Counted from the first letter of the stretch, positions 20,187 through 32,420 are shown. The stretch is 49,765 nt of DNA from an uncultured Ectothiorhodospiraceae bacterium (GCA_964345605.1 CAYFSA010000005.1:1-49765), one strand, 5' to 3'. Made by a program: numbers and translations. The notes: generated by a model not told the origin, from the letters alone.

Positions 20187-21728
20187 TTACCACACGTGGT
20201 TGGCCTTGAATGTTTCCAGTGCCTGCTTCATACCATCCTTGATTTCATCACTATAATCACCCTTGGCATTAATCTTGTCGAGCAGTTCGGCACATTCGGA
20301 ATGCAGATAAGCATGCAGCGCTGCCTCGAAGTCAACGATTTTATTGACTTCCACATCATCGAGATAGCCTTCATTCGCTGCAAATAATGAAAACGCCATC
20401 TCAGCAGTCGACAGCGGAGAGTACTGCTTCTGCTTCATCAACTCAGTGACACGCTCACCATGCTCGAGCTGTTTACGGGTTTGCTCATCCAAATCCGAGG
20501 CAAACTGGGAGAAAGCCGCAAGCTCACGATATTGGGCCAATGCCAATCGGACGCCGCCGCCCAGTTTCTTAATGATTTTGGTCTGAGCTGCCCCGCCTAC
20601 ACGCGATACCGACAACCCCGCATTGATGGCTGGACGTATCCCCGAATTGAACAAATCGGTCTCGAGATAAATCTGGCCGTCGGTGATGGAAATGACATTC
20701 GTAGGTACGAAGGCAGAGACGTCACCCGCCTGGGTTTCTATGATCGGCAGGGCCGTCAGAGAGCCGGTTTGACCCTTGACTTTACCGCCCGTTGCTTTCT
20801 CGACATAGTCCGCATTGACCCGTGAAGCCCGTTCCAACAACCGCGAGTGCAGATAGAACACATCCCCGGGATAAGCTTCCCGGCCTGGCGGCCGCCGCAG
20901 CAGCAGCGATACTTGCCGATAGGCCCAAGCTTGTTTGGTCAGGTCATCATACACAATCAGGGCATCACGGCCATTGTCACGGAAATATTCACCCATCGAA
21001 CAACCGGCATACGGAGCGATAAACTGCATGGCCGCCGAAGTCGAAGCCGTTGCTGCCACGACAATGGTGTATTCCATGGCGCCATGTTCCTCGAGCTTAC
21101 GCACAATGTTCGCGACTGAGGAATTCTTTTGCCCTACGGCGACATAAATACAGAGTACGTCCTTGCCTTTCTGATTGAGGATCGCATCGACTGCCACCGC
21201 TGTTTTACCGGTCTGGCGGTCACCGATAATCAGCTCACGCTGACCTCGGCCGACCGGGGTCATGGCATCGATTGCCTTGACGCCGGTTTGCATCGGCTGA
21301 TCGACGCCCTGCCGGGCAATAACGCCTGGTGCAATTTTCTCGATTGCCGTGGTTTCTTGGGCATCGAGAGGGCCTTTGCCATCGAGGGGTATACCCAGAG
21401 AATCGACGACCCGCCCAAGCAGGTTATCCCCTACCGGCACCTCCAGAATTCGGCCAGTTGATTTGACGGTATCGCCTTCGTTCAAATGCTTGTAATCGCC
21501 AAGGATAACCGCACCGACTGAATCCCTTTCCAGGTTCAAGGCCACGCCGTAGGTATCGCCGGGAAACTCCAGCATTTCCCCCGCCATGGCATCACCTAAC
21601 CCATGTACCCGTACAATGCCATCGGTAACAGCAACGACGGAACCTTCATTTCGCGCCTCCGAGACGAACTCGAATTCCTCTATGCGCTTTCTAATTAAAT
21701 CGCTGATCTCGGTTGGAGAGAGTTGCAT
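20187..21728 (-). CDS. atpA: F1 ATP synthase alpha subunit
   Basis: GDRQTGKT and [12 protein letters not shown] motifs. Confidence 0.99.
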   Translation of the reverse strand: MQLSPTEISDLIRKRIEEFEFVSEARNEGSVVAVTDGIVRVHGLGDAMAGEMLEFPGDTYGVALNLERDSVGAVILGDYKHLNEGDTVKSTGRILEVPVGDNLLGRVVDSLGIPLDGKGPLDAQETTAIEKIAPGVIARQGVDQPMQTGVKAIDAMTPVGRGQRELIIGDRQTGKTAVAVDAILNQKGKDVLCIYVAVGQKNSSVANIVRKLEEHGAMEYTIVVAATASTSAAMQFIAPYAGCSMGEYFRDNGRDALIVYDDLTKQAWAYRQVSLLLRRPPGREAYPGDVFYLHSRLLERASRVNADYVEKATGGKVKGQTGSLTALPIIETQAGDVSAFVPTNVISITDGQIYLETDLFNSGIRPAINAGLSVSRVGGAAQTKIIKKLGGGVRLALAQYRELAAFSQFASDLDEQTRKQLEHGERVTELMKQKQYSPLSTAEMAFSLFAANEGYLDDVEVNKIVDFEAALHAYLHSECAELLDKINAKGDYSDEIKDGMKQALETFKANHVW

Positions 21729-21742
21729 TGAATATCTTCCTC

Positions 21743-22279
21743 TTACATGCGCAGGGCGCTAGCCAACTCACTCAGTTGACCGCGCATGGAACCGTCTATA
21801 ACCACGTCGCCAGCCTTGATAATGGCACCCCCAATCAACGACGGGTCCTGCGAAACGCTTACGTCCACCTGACGAGCCAATTTCCTGGCTAATGCCGCTT
21901 GAATCGCATTGAGGTGCGCATCGTCGATTTCATGCGATACGGTAATATCGGCATGCACGCGGCCTTCTTGTTCTTGGCGCAAGGCTTCGAAAATCGTTGC
22001 AATTTCTTGCAACAAGCTTAACCGCTTGCGAGCCGCCAACAGGCGGATCAGGTTCGGGAGCCCATCGACCAGCGAGTCACCAGCGGCCTCGATCAAGATC
22101 GTGGCAAGCTGATCGGCGCTAATCCGTGGATTGGTCAATAGCGGTGCGATCGAATCTTGGATGACCACTTCGGCCAGCACCTGTAGCTGGCTGCTCCACT
22201 GTTCGGTAGCCGAGCGCTCGCGGGCGAGCGAGTAGACCGCACGCGCATAAGGACGAGCTATTGTATTTCGTTCCGACAT
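21743..22279 (-). CDS. atpH: ATP synthase delta subunit
   Basis: TIARPYA and DPSLIGG...VIDGS motifs. Confidence 0.96.
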   Translation of the reverse strand: MSERNTIARPYARAVYSLARERSATEQWSSQLQVLAEVVIQDSIAPLLTNPRISADQLATILIEAAGDSLVDGLPNLIRLLAARKRLSLLQEIATIFEALRQEQEGRVHADITVSHEIDDAHLNAIQAALARKLARQVDVSVSQDPSLIGGAIIKAGDVVIDGSMRGQLSELASALRM

Positions 22280-22290
22280 ATCGGCTACTC

Positions 22291-22761
22291 TCAGATTTGG
22301 GCCGCTAGTTCATCCAGCGTCTGCTTATGCGCTTGGTCATCAACTTCCCGCCGCAGAATCTTTTCCGCGCCCGAAATAACCAGGGTACCCACCTGCGACC
22401 GCAAGGATTCACGGGCTTTGTTGAGTTCCTGCTCGGCTTCGGCTTGCGCCGCGGATTTGATACGCTCACCCTCGTTTTTCGCCTCAACCTTGGCTTCTTC
22501 GATCATTTCCGTGGAACGACGCTGTGCTGCGGCAATAATATCAGCCGCCTTTTGCTTAGCCTCGTCGATCGTTTCTTGGGCGCGGTCTTGAGCCAGCTCC
22601 TGTTCCTGTTTACCCCGCTCTGCTGCCGCCAAGCCATCTGCAATCCGGCGCTTGCGGTCTTCCAGCATGTTGACCATGGGTTCCCAGAGGACTGCCTTGA
22701 CGAACCAGACCAGCACAGCGAAGGTCAAAATCTGACCAATAAGTGTGGCTGTTATATTCAC
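22291..22761 (-). CDS. atpF: Fo ATP synthase b subunit
   Basis: MNITATLIGQ TM segment and RIADGLAAAE coiled coil. Confidence 0.96.
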   Translation of the reverse strand: MNITATLIGQILTFAVLVWFVKAVLWEPMVNMLEDRKRRIADGLAAAERGKQEQELAQDRAQETIDEAKQKAADIIAAAQRRSTEMIEEAKVEAKNEGERIKSAAQAEAEQELNKARESLRSQVGTLVISGAEKILRREVDDQAHKQTLDELAAQI

Positions 22762-22798
22762 GGAATACTCCGATTACGGCTAAACAGAAATAAAATGA

Positions 22799-23086
22799 TC
22801 AACCACCAATCGACTTCATAAAGCTCCCGACGAACGGGTTCGCAAAGATGAACCACATCGAGATACCCAAGCCGATGAAGGGGAAAGCCTCCATCAAACC
22901 GCCAGTGAACAGCATTTGCCCGGTCAGCTGAGCCCGAATCTCCGGCTGACGCGAAATCCCTTCAATAAACTTGGAGCCGATCAACCCCCAGCCAAGGGCC
23001 GAGCCAAAAGCCGCGGCAGACAGGATGATACCGACTACCATAGCGGTTGCGCCGTAAATTTCCGAAATCATTTGCGCTTCGTTCAT
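22799..23086 (-). CDS. atpE: Fo ATP synthase c subunit (95 aa)
   Basis: ATG 23086 with an AGGAG RBS; RQPE loop; carboxylate in LMEAFP. Confidence 0.95.
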   Translation of the reverse strand: MNEAQMISEIYGATAMVVGIILSAAAFGSALGWGLIGSKFIEGISRQPEIRAQLTGQMLFTGGLMEAFPFIGLGISMWFIFANPFVGSFMKSIGG

Positions 23087-23139
23087 TGAGATAATCTCCT
23101 CAGATATAAAGCAATAATTGCAAGTTTTTGAGCACCGGC

Positions 23140-24027
<888 letters not shown>

Positions 24028-24423
24028 CTAAAAATTCTTGTCGGATTTGACCCAAGGGCTCAACCCGAAGGAAATTTGAACAATAATAAAGCCAGCCAAC
24101 AACGGCAATGGCTGCAAATGCAACCAGCCAAAGCCCAGACCAAGCAGGACAGCTACGAGCATGAACCGCTGCAACATACCTGACAACAACAGCACGCCCG
24201 ACCATTTGGGGTTCGCTTCGGCGGCTTGACCCGCTCGTTGCAGCCCTCTAGCCAGCAGCAAACTGTTCACTATGGCAGTAACACCGCCGTACAGTACTGC
24301 CCCGGCTGCCGCAAACCCGCTGATGACCAGGGCAACAACCATAACAAGGGCAACCAGCCCGGTCTGCACGCGAAACAGATAGGTTAGCGCCATGCCGCCT
24401 GGAAATTCGCGGATTTTCGGCAT
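24028..24423 (-). CDS. atpI: ATP synthase protein I
   Basis: Four-TM hydrophobic protein at the head of the atp operon. Confidence 0.85.
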   Translation of the reverse strand: MPKIREFPGGMALTYLFRVQTGLVALVMVVALVISGFAAAGAVLYGGVTAIVNSLLLARGLQRAGQAAEANPKWSGVLLLSGMLQRFMLVAVLLGLGFGWLHLQPLPLLAGFIIVQISFGLSPWVKSDKNF

Positions 24424-24464
24424 TCTAGCTTGATCATTTTCGCCAGCCCAGATAATACGCGCGC

Positions 24465-24493
24465 AGTATAAAGTCTCGTTTTCAACTAATCAA
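24465..24493 (-). promoter_or_regulatory. Putative sigma70 promoter of the atp operon
   Basis: TTGATT-N17-TATACT followed by a GC-rich discriminator (GCGCGCG), upstream of atpI. Confidence 0.6.
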
Positions 24494-24511
24494 CCGAAAT
24501 CGCATTGGATA

Positions 24512-25390
24512 TCAATGAATATGATTGAGGATGCCATCCAATTCATCGAGACTATTATATTGAATGACTAATTTACCTTTGCCATCATCATTATATGAGA
24601 TACCCACTTTGGCCCCTAAGCGTGCCGCCAGGTCTTCTTCCAGACGCTTGATATTCGGATCAGCACTTTTCTGAGACTTTTTCGCTGCTGCAGCCGGTTT
24701 GTTTAATTCCTGACTAACCAGCTTTTCTGTTTGCCGCACCGACAGCCCTTCATTGACGACTTTGCGGGCCGTAGTGATTTGTTGCTCCTTACTCAATGAC
24801 AGCAAAGCGCGTGCATGGCCCATCTCAAGCTGTTTTTCGTAAACATGCTGCTTGACCTCCTCTTCCAGCTCTAACAAGCGCAGCAGATTGCTCACCCCCG
24901 TTCGTGAACGGCCAACCGCATCGGCGGTTTGCTGATGCGTCAAACCAAACTCATTGATTAAACGATGTAAGCCGCGGGCCGTTTCGATAGCATTTAAGTC
25001 TTCCCGCTGAATATTCTCGATCAGCGCCATGGCCGCTGCGGCATCATCGGAAATCTCTCGGATTATCGAGGGAATTTCCGTTAAACCAGCAAGCTGCGAG
25101 GCACGCCAGCGGCGCTCACCAGTGACTAGCTCAAAGCCCTGCTCAACCGGCCGCACTACAATCGGCTGAATAACGCCCTGCGCCTTGATTGAATCGGCTA
25201 GTTCCTGGAGCGCCTCTTCATTGATGGTCGTGCGCGGTTGATAGACACCCCGGCGAATTTGATCGATCGGCAGATAACGATGATCGACAGCCGGTTCTGG
25301 CGTTTGTTGGTCAGATTCGGTCATTTCGGGAGCGCTCGACGTAAGTAGCACATCTAATCCGCGGCCAAGCCCCGATCTACGCTTTGACAT
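24512..25390 (-). CDS. parB: Chromosome partitioning CTPase ParB
   Basis: LGRGL, QPR, GERRWRA, ENIQREDL and an HTH. Confidence 0.97.
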   Translation of the reverse strand: MSKRRSGLGRGLDVLLTSSAPEMTESDQQTPEPAVDHRYLPIDQIRRGVYQPRTTINEEALQELADSIKAQGVIQPIVVRPVEQGFELVTGERRWRASQLAGLTEIPSIIREISDDAAAAMALIENIQREDLNAIETARGLHRLINEFGLTHQQTADAVGRSRTGVSNLLRLLELEEEVKQHVYEKQLEMGHARALLSLSKEQQITTARKVVNEGLSVRQTEKLVSQELNKPAAAAKKSQKSADPNIKRLEEDLAARLGAKVGISYNDDGKGKLVIQYNSLDELDGILNHIH

Positions 25391-25431
25391 ATACTATGGC
25401 TATCCAAAATAATGCATCCTTCGAAACAGAA

Positions 25432-26259
25432 TCATGATTGCGGCGATTCTGTCAGCTTTGCTGCTGGCGCTTCTGACGGTGATGCAGTTTCCGCTTGCAG
25501 GCGCCGTAAGATCTCCCCCGCCAAAGCCAGATAGGCAAGGGCGCCCCGGGAATTGCGATCATACTGCATAACCGGGGTACCATAACTCGGTGCTTCGGCC
25601 AGGCGGACATTGCGCGGGATAATCGTGCGATAGACGCGCTCGCCGAAATGCTCCAGCAATTGCTGCGAAACATCATTGGCCAGATTATTTCGTGGATCGA
25701 ACATCGTCCGCAAAATCCCCTCGATCACCAGATTCGGATTCGCCCAACGGTTGATTTGCCTGATCGTCTCCATCAACGCAGTCAGCCCTTCCAGCGCATA
25801 GTACTCGCATTGTATGGGTATAAGTACGCCAGAGGCTGCGACCAGCGCATTGACCGTCAACATATTCAGGGAAGGTGGACAGTCAATCAGAATAAAGTCA
25901 TAGTTGTCTCGTGCCTTATCCATGGCATCATGCAGGCGGTATTCGCGCCGCAGGGCACTGACCAGTTGTACCTCTGCCGCCGTCAAATCGGCGTTTGCCG
26001 GGATCAAGTCATAATGGCCCGCCGCCACATTCTGCAGAATAACCTCATCGGCTGCCGCGGTATCGAGCAGCACATCGCATGTTGTCAGGCTTAAATTGGA
26101 CTTATCCACGCCGCTGCCCATGGTTGTATTGCCTTGCGGATCTGTGTCGATCAGCAGCACCTTGCGACGTGTTTCGGTCAGCGAAGCAGCGAGATTGACC
26201 GCCGTGGTCGTCTTGCCAACGCCTCCTTTTTGGTTGGTGATCGCGAAAACTTTTGCCAT
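25432..26259 (-). CDS. parA: Chromosome partitioning ATPase ParA (Soj)
   Basis: NQKGGVGKTT, DPQGN, DCPPSL and IPRNVRLAEAPS motifs. Confidence 0.97.
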   Translation of the reverse strand: MAKVFAITNQKGGVGKTTTAVNLAASLTETRRKVLLIDTDPQGNTTMGSGVDKSNLSLTTCDVLLDTAAADEVILQNVAAGHYDLIPANADLTAAEVQLVSALRREYRLHDAMDKARDNYDFILIDCPPSLNMLTVNALVAASGVLIPIQCEYYALEGLTALMETIRQINRWANPNLVIEGILRTMFDPRNNLANDVSQQLLEHFGERVYRTIIPRNVRLAEAPSYGTPVMQYDRNSRGALAYLALAGEILRRLQAETASPSEAPAAKLTESPQS

Positions 26260-26269
26260 TCACAATAGA

Positions 26270-26899
26270 CTAGTTGGTTTGTAAAACAACGACATGCCGG
26301 TGTTCAGCCAATCCCGGAACCTGATATTGAGTCATTTCAAGCAATTGAAACGGTGCCACCACTTTGCTTTCTATGGCTGGTTCAAGACGTCCACCCATCG
26401 CGATCACCAAACTGCCTGGCTGACAAACATGGGCAATGCCAGGCAAAAACACCTCTAGCGGCGCAAAGGCGCGTGCCACAATCGTGTCATAATGATCATT
26501 GGCATGCCGCTCGAGACGCTGATGCAGCGCAGTCACATTGGACAATTTCAAGGTGTGAATCACATGTCGCAGGAAACTCACCTTTTTGCCGACCGAATCC
26601 AGTAATGTTATATGCTTCTTTGGCCAGGCAATCGCTAAGGGGAATCCGGGCAAACCCGCCCCACTGCCCACATCAAGCAGCGTTTGCCCCTCAATGAACC
26701 GACTGATCGCCAAGCTATCCAGTATATGGCGGATAATCATGGCTTGTGGGTTCCTAATTGCCGTCAGATTGAGCCGTTGATTCCAATGATGCAAGAGCGC
26801 CAAGTAGGCTAACATGCGCTCGGCCTGGTCCACGTCACAAGGGACCGCCATGGCGCTGCATCCTTCAAGGATGACCTGCCGGTCTTCAGCCGAACTCAT
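26270..26899 (-). CDS. rsmG: 16S rRNA m7G527 methyltransferase
   Basis: WNQRLNLTA, HILDSL and DVGSGAGLPG motifs. Confidence 0.95.
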   Translation of the reverse strand: MSSAEDRQVILEGCSAMAVPCDVDQAERMLAYLALLHHWNQRLNLTAIRNPQAMIIRHILDSLAISRFIEGQTLLDVGSGAGLPGFPLAIAWPKKHITLLDSVGKKVSFLRHVIHTLKLSNVTALHQRLERHANDHYDTIVARAFAPLEVFLPGIAHVCQPGSLVIAMGGRLEPAIESKVVAPFQLLEMTQYQVPGLAEHRHVVVLQTN

Positions 26900-26949
26900 G
26901 GAAAATCGAACACAAAGCGTTCCTCAGCCAATGGCCTTGATACTCCATT

Positions 26950-28845
26950 TCAATCTTGGCTAGGCATGGCGAGTTTTCCATTTTTTTTCAAATGCACCAA
27001 CAACAATGAAATGGCTGCCGGGGTGATCCCCGCAATATTGGCCGCCTGTGCAATTGTTTTGGGACGATGCTCGGTTAGACGCTGAGTGACTTCAACCGAT
27101 AACCCCGTCACGCTTGCATAATCGATATCCACCGGGATGGGTTGTTCCCCCTGTGCGCGTTGCCGGGCAACCTCGCCCAGCTGCCGCTCAATATAGCCGG
27201 CGTACTTGAATTGCGTTTCAATCTGCTTGGTGATTGCCTCACCTAACCCGGCTGGCCGGTCTGGGTCGATTGACTTGAGCTCCTGATAGCCCAGGTTTGG
27301 TCTTGCAAGCAGTTCACTCAAAGTATATTCACGATTGAGCCGACCATTGAACACCCCCTGTGCCACAGAGTCATCGATATCATTCGGCCGAATCCAAGTT
27401 GCCTGCAAGCGCTGTTTTTCATTTTCGATAGCTGCTTGCTTGGCACTGAACTGCTCCCACCGCGCCTCATCGATCAATCCCAAGGCGCGTGCTGGCGGCG
27501 TCAAACGCAAATCGGCATTGTCCTCGCGCAATAATAGTCGATATTCAGCCCGGCTGGTGAACATTCGGTAGGGTTCCTGGGTACCGCGCGTCAATAGATC
27601 ATCAAGCATCACCCCCAGATACGCTTCATGACGGCCAGGTACCCAGGCCGGCTCACCGCGAATTTTCTGCACGGCATTAATACCGGCTAACAGGCCTTGC
27701 GCTGCAGCCTCCTCATACCCTGTCGTGCCGTTAATCTGGCCGGCAAAGAACAGATTCTCGATGCTGCTGCATTCAAGGTTCTGACGCAGATCACGCGGGT
27801 CAAAAAAATCATACTCAATAGCATAGCCAGGTCGAGTGATATGCGCCGACTCCATACCCGCGATACTGCGCACCAAGTCATATTGCACATCCAAAGGCAA
27901 ACCTGTCGAAATCCCGTTTGGATAGACCTCTTGCGTATCAAGGCCTTCGGGTTCGAGAAAGATTTGATGACCGGATTTATCCGCAAACCGCACAACCTTG
28001 TCTTCAATCGAAGGACAATAGCGTGGTCCAACCGAAGCGATTTCACCACTATAGACAGGCGAGCGATCTAGGGCATTTCTTATAATGGCATGAGTGCGCT
28101 CATTAGTGCGAGTGATGTGGCAACGAATCTGCTGGGGATGGTCAGCAGTCTTACCCGTAAACGAAAACACCGGCGTGGGTTCGTCACCCGCTTGTGGCAT
28201 GAGCTGGTCGAAGTCGATCGTATTGCCATCAAGCCGCGGGGGCGTTCCCGTTTTCAAACGGCCGACACGCAGCGGCAACTCCCGCAGACGTTCAGCAAGG
28301 CGAGTTGCTGCCGGATCGCCAAGCCGCCCACCGGTATATTGAACTTCGCCAACATGGATACGGCCAGCCAGAAAGGTACCGGCTGTCAGGATAACCATTT
28401 CAGCGGTAAGCGCTTGGCCCATCTGCGTAATGACGCCAGTTACCCGCTCACCCTTCATGATAAGATCCTCAACCGGATCCTGTAGAAGGGTCAATCCAGA
28501 TTGATTTTCTAAGGCTTTTCGAATCGCCACACCGTAGCGAAGACGGTCAGTTTGGGCTCGGGTTGCCCGCACTGCTGCCCCCTTACGTGCATTAAGTATG
28601 CGAAAGTGAATACCCGCACGATCCGCAGCTTTGGCCATGATGCCGCCCATGGCATCGATTTCCTTAACCAAATGGCCTTTGCCAATACCACCTATGGCTG
28701 GATTACAACTCATCTGGCCCAAAGCCTCCAAGCGATGCGTGATCAATAAAACCGACAGACCCATGCGAGCGACCGCCAGGGCCGCTTCAGTACCCGCATG
28801 GCCCCCACCGATCACGATCACTTGGTAATATCCAAAACACCGCAT
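26950..28845 (-). CDS. mnmG: tRNA U34 modification enzyme MnmG (GidA)
   Basis: [29 protein letters not shown] and [13 protein letters not shown] motifs; alternative GTG at 28851. Confidence 0.97.
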   Translation of the reverse strand: MRCFGYYQVIVIGGGHAGTEAALAVARMGLSVLLITHRLEALGQMSCNPAIGGIGKGHLVKEIDAMGGIMAKAADRAGIHFRILNARKGAAVRATRAQTDRLRYGVAIRKALENQSGLTLLQDPVEDLIMKGERVTGVITQMGQALTAEMVILTAGTFLAGRIHVGEVQYTGGRLGDPAATRLAERLRELPLRVGRLKTGTPPRLDGNTIDFDQLMPQAGDEPTPVFSFTGKTADHPQQIRCHITRTNERTHAIIRNALDRSPVYSGEIASVGPRYCPSIEDKVVRFADKSGHQIFLEPEGLDTQEVYPNGISTGLPLDVQYDLVRSIAGMESAHITRPGYAIEYDFFDPRDLRQNLECSSIENLFFAGQINGTTGYEEAAAQGLLAGINAVQKIRGEPAWVPGRHEAYLGVMLDDLLTRGTQEPYRMFTSRAEYRLLLREDNADLRLTPPARALGLIDEARWEQFSAKQAAIENEKQRLQATWIRPNDIDDSVAQGVFNGRLNREYTLSELLARPNLGYQELKSIDPDRPAGLGEAITKQIETQFKYAGYIERQLGEVARQRAQGEQPIPVDIDYASVTGLSVEVTQRLTEHRPKTIAQAANIAGITPAAISLLLVHLKKNGKLAMPSQD

Positions 28846-28886
28846 TGGCACACACTATAGATTAGGCTCGGTAACTAGTAACCAGC

Positions 28887-30236
28887 TTATTTGCCGATGC
28901 AAAACCGCGAAAATATTTCACCTAACAAAGCCTCATTTGAGGTTTGCCCGGTAATCTCGCCCAGCGCAAGCTCGGCGGTTTGCAGCTCATCAGCGAGCCA
29001 ATCTGCAGTGCCTTGCTTGGCTAGTGTCCGTTGAGCTGCATTTACTGCCAAGTGGCAGCGTTTCAAGGCATCGATGTGGCGCCTTCGCGCAGCAAATCGA
29101 TGCTCAGCTTGCCCGCGGCTTTGAAACAGATTCTGTAAATGCTCGAGCAATACGTCGATCCCATAACCATCGCGAGCCGACAGATACAGCTTGTTATCCT
29201 GCCAGCCGTATGCATGGCCGGACAGATCCGATTTATTGGCAATAATGTCGACAACAAAGCCTTCATCATGCAGGTCAATCTGACCATAAACTGCATCATC
29301 GTCGCTCGTCCAGCCTTCACTGGCATCAAAAACAAACAAGGCGCGATCAGCTTGTTGCAAGGCAAGTTGCGTGCGATTGTGGCCTTCCCGCTCGAGCCGA
29401 TCACCGCCTTCACGCATCCCCGCCGTATCTAGCAGGCGTATCGGAGTACCATTGACATCGAGTGTTTCTTTCAAGATATCCCGAGTAGTGCCCGGTATCT
29501 CCGTGACGATGGCATCGGCATCTTTGCATAGTTGATTGAACAAACTTGATTTACCAACATTAGGACGGCCTACGATAGCAATGGTCAAGCCTTCCCGTTG
29601 GAGTACAGCATCGTGGGCTTGAGTTATCAGCGCCGCCAGTGATTGGCCGAGTTGTTCAAGCTTGTCGGCAACTGCGTAGTCTTCAATACCATCGAGCTCT
29701 TCCTCGGGAAAATCCAAACTCGCCTCGACAATAATGCGAATTTCATGCAGCTGTTCAGCCAGCTGCTGCAAGTAACGGGAAAACTCACCCTCCAGCGATT
29801 TAAGGGCCGCTTTGGCAGCACGCTGCGATTCACTTGCAATCAGATCGGCAATAGCTTCAGCTTGAACTAAATCAATCCGATCATTATAGAAGCCGCGAAA
29901 ACTGAATTCACCAGGTTCTGCCAGTCGCGCACCCTGGGCTAAGGTAGCCCCCAGCAACATGTCCAGCACTACAGGTCCGCCATGCCCTTGGAGTTCTAAC
30001 ACATCCTCCCCCGTAAACGAGGTCGGCCCAGGGAAAAAAATGGCAATACCCGAATCGATAACTACCCCTTGAGAATCGCGGAAGTTGCGCCAATGCGCAT
30101 AACGTGGCCGTAGTTGGCCGACCATGGCTCGCATTATTGTCGCAACCCGCGGTCCCGACATGCGGACGATACCTATGCCGCCAGCTCCGGGCGGAGTTGC
30201 CACGGCGGCAATCGTATCGCCTAACACAAAGTTCAT
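28887..30236 (-). CDS. mnmE: tRNA modification GTPase MnmE (TrmE)
   Basis: GRPNVGKSS, GTTRD, DTAG, NKSD and the C-terminal FCIGK. Confidence 0.97.
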   Translation of the reverse strand: MNFVLGDTIAAVATPPGAGGIGIVRMSGPRVATIMRAMVGQLRPRYAHWRNFRDSQGVVIDSGIAIFFPGPTSFTGEDVLELQGHGGPVVLDMLLGATLAQGARLAEPGEFSFRGFYNDRIDLVQAEAIADLIASESQRAAKAALKSLEGEFSRYLQQLAEQLHEIRIIVEASLDFPEEELDGIEDYAVADKLEQLGQSLAALITQAHDAVLQREGLTIAIVGRPNVGKSSLFNQLCKDADAIVTEIPGTTRDILKETLDVNGTPIRLLDTAGMREGGDRLEREGHNRTQLALQQADRALFVFDASEGWTSDDDAVYGQIDLHDEGFVVDIIANKSDLSGHAYGWQDNKLYLSARDGYGIDVLLEHLQNLFQSRGQAEHRFAARRRHIDALKRCHLAVNAAQRTLAKQGTADWLADELQTAELALGEITGQTSNEALLGEIFSRFCIGK

Positions 30237-30243
30237 AACCGGT

Positions 30244-31965
30244 TCAACGCGTCGCTTTCTCCACTTTGCGCGTAATCTGCCATTGCTGGGCGATGGATAA
30301 TGTATTATTAACCACCCAGTACAATACCAAACCGGCGGGGAAGAACATAAAGAAGACGGTAAATACGACAGGTAATACCATCATGACTTTTTGTTGAATC
30401 GGGTCTAAAGGTGCGGGGTTCAAGTACTGCTGAATAAACATGCTCGCACCCATAATCAACGGCAGCACGAAATACGGATCCCGCACCGACAGATCGTCGA
30501 TCCATAGAATAAACGGGGCTTGACGCAGCTCCACACTCTCGATCAATACCCAATAGAGGGCGATAAATACCGGGATTTGAATCAAGATAGGCAAACAGCC
30601 ACCCAGCGGGTTGACTTTCTCCTTTTTATACATATCCATCAAGGCTTGATTCATCTGCGATTTATCATCGGCGTAGCGTTCCTTTAGCTCCTGCATTCGG
30701 GGCTGCAAAGCACGCATCTTAGCCATCGATTGATAACTCACCTTGGAGGGATAATAGAACACCAATTTAATCAGGATGGTTACCAAAATAATAGCGAAAC
30801 CCCAGTTCCCTGTTAAGGAATGACTAAACTGGAGTGCCTCGAACAAAGGCCTAGAAATAAAGCTGAAAATACCGTAATCAACGGTGAGATCCAGACCTGT
30901 CGCGAGTTCCTCAAGGTTTTCCTGTATTTTAGGCCCAGCATAGAAACGAGTGCCTAGCACACCCGATTGCCCAGGCGCCACTGACATTGGCGTTGAAGTA
31001 ACCCCAATGATGTAATTGGGGACCAAACCACTATCGATGGTTTTACTGTAATAAAGATGCCGTTTTTGCTGGTCCGGAATCCACGCGGAAATAAAATAAT
31101 GTTCCAGCGATGCCACCCAGCCGCCTTCAATAGTCTGACTCAAAGACTCTTTTTCAAGCTTATCGAACTTAACTTTATTAAAACTTTCATCGTAGTAGGC
31201 AAAGCCAGTGAATGTACGAATAAAGGCGTTATTCCCATCGTTTTGTTCCGGACCATGGCGTATCTGCTGATATTGCCGTCCTTCCCAAAGGGTATCGCTC
31301 CTATTCTCCACTTTGTATTCGATATCGACGTGAAAACTGTCGGCGTGGAACACGAAGGCTTTGGTTACACGCACGCCATCCCGGCTCTCCCAAACCAACG
31401 GCACCCGTAGTGTTTCATCGTCCTGCTGCATCGTATAGTTTGATTGGTAGGCAGCATAATTGGCGTAATGATCGGGAGCGCGTTCACGGCCGCCGCCGCT
31501 CGACGCCGAAGCCGGAATAAGCCCAGATTGAGCAATATAGGTTTCACCTCGGTCATCTAGCAGCTGCACTGGTGTGTCGGGTTTATCAGTGGATACCGGA
31601 TATGTCGGCAAAGCTACTCGACGGATATCCCCACCTTTCAAGGCTATATCGACAATCAAATGTTCTGTTTTGACATGAACATATTCTTTGGCCGAGTCTT
31701 GATCTTTATCGCTGGACGGTGGTGCTGCCGGCCCGCCGGGACTGGGCAAATCCTCAGGAAACTCGGCGTTAGCATCGGCTTGCAATTCACCCGGCTCTTC
31801 ACTTGTTGCTGGCCCCGCTTGGAAATCAGATGCCTCAGACGTCTCACCCGCGTCACGTTGCGCTGGCGTTGGCACAGGTGATTGGTAATCTTCGACCCAA
31901 GCTTGCCATATCAAAAAAAGGACAAATGCTAAGGCAAGGTAAAGAATCGGACGTTGCGAACCCAT
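30244..31965 (-). CDS. yidC: Membrane protein insertase YidC
   Basis: VDYG, GNWG, NPLGGCLP and PAGLVLYW motifs. Confidence 0.97.
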   Translation of the reverse strand: MGSQRPILYLALAFVLFLIWQAWVEDYQSPVPTPAQRDAGETSEASDFQAGPATSEEPGELQADANAEFPEDLPSPGGPAAPPSSDKDQDSAKEYVHVKTEHLIVDIALKGGDIRRVALPTYPVSTDKPDTPVQLLDDRGETYIAQSGLIPASASSGGGRERAPDHYANYAAYQSNYTMQQDDETLRVPLVWESRDGVRVTKAFVFHADSFHVDIEYKVENRSDTLWEGRQYQQIRHGPEQNDGNNAFIRTFTGFAYYDESFNKVKFDKLEKESLSQTIEGGWVASLEHYFISAWIPDQQKRHLYYSKTIDSGLVPNYIIGVTSTPMSVAPGQSGVLGTRFYAGPKIQENLEELATGLDLTVDYGIFSFISRPLFEALQFSHSLTGNWGFAIILVTILIKLVFYYPSKVSYQSMAKMRALQPRMQELKERYADDKSQMNQALMDMYKKEKVNPLGGCLPILIQIPVFIALYWVLIESVELRQAPFILWIDDLSVRDPYFVLPLIMGASMFIQQYLNPAPLDPIQQKVMMVLPVVFTVFFMFFPAGLVLYWVVNNTLSIAQQWQITRKVEKATR

Positions 31966-32015
31966 AATGATTTGGTCGTCTCTAGAATTGGTATTGGGTT
32001 ATATCGAAACCATTA

Positions 32016-32420
32016 TTAGACGATCAGATATCGCCACTGTTTGTTCAGGCATTGATGCAATTCAGCTGATCGCGCCTTCGCTGCCATTGGCCGAACCCGA
32101 ACAACGACATCTACTGTCGGCAATTCCCATTGATGGCATCGAAAACTTTCCCGAATGATGCGTTTGACTCGCTGACGATCCACGGCCCGAGGAACTTGAC
32201 GCCTGGCAGCCACCAACCCAAGGCGAGGGTAACCAAGCGTATTGAGTTTTGCATGGATATAGAAATAGGTGCCTCTTTGGCGCGATGAATCTGCAAACAC
32301 ACGCCGGAATTCGTGGGACTTTAATAGCTTTAACTGCTTGGGAAACTTATAGCCTGAATACCGGCGCGTATTTGCGTCATCACACTGCCAACCGATGACG
32401 TCCTTTTGCTCGACGGGCAT
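32016..32420 (-). CDS. rnpA: Ribonuclease P protein component (start ambiguous)
   Basis: [33 protein letters not shown] (RNR-like motif) and DVVV; position downstream of rpmH. Confidence 0.9.
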   Translation of the reverse strand: MPVEQKDVIGWQCDDANTRRYSGYKFPKQLKLLKSHEFRRVFADSSRQRGTYFYIHAKLNTLGYPRLGLVAARRQVPRAVDRQRVKRIIRESFRCHQWELPTVDVVVRVRPMAAKARSAELHQCLNKQWRYLIV

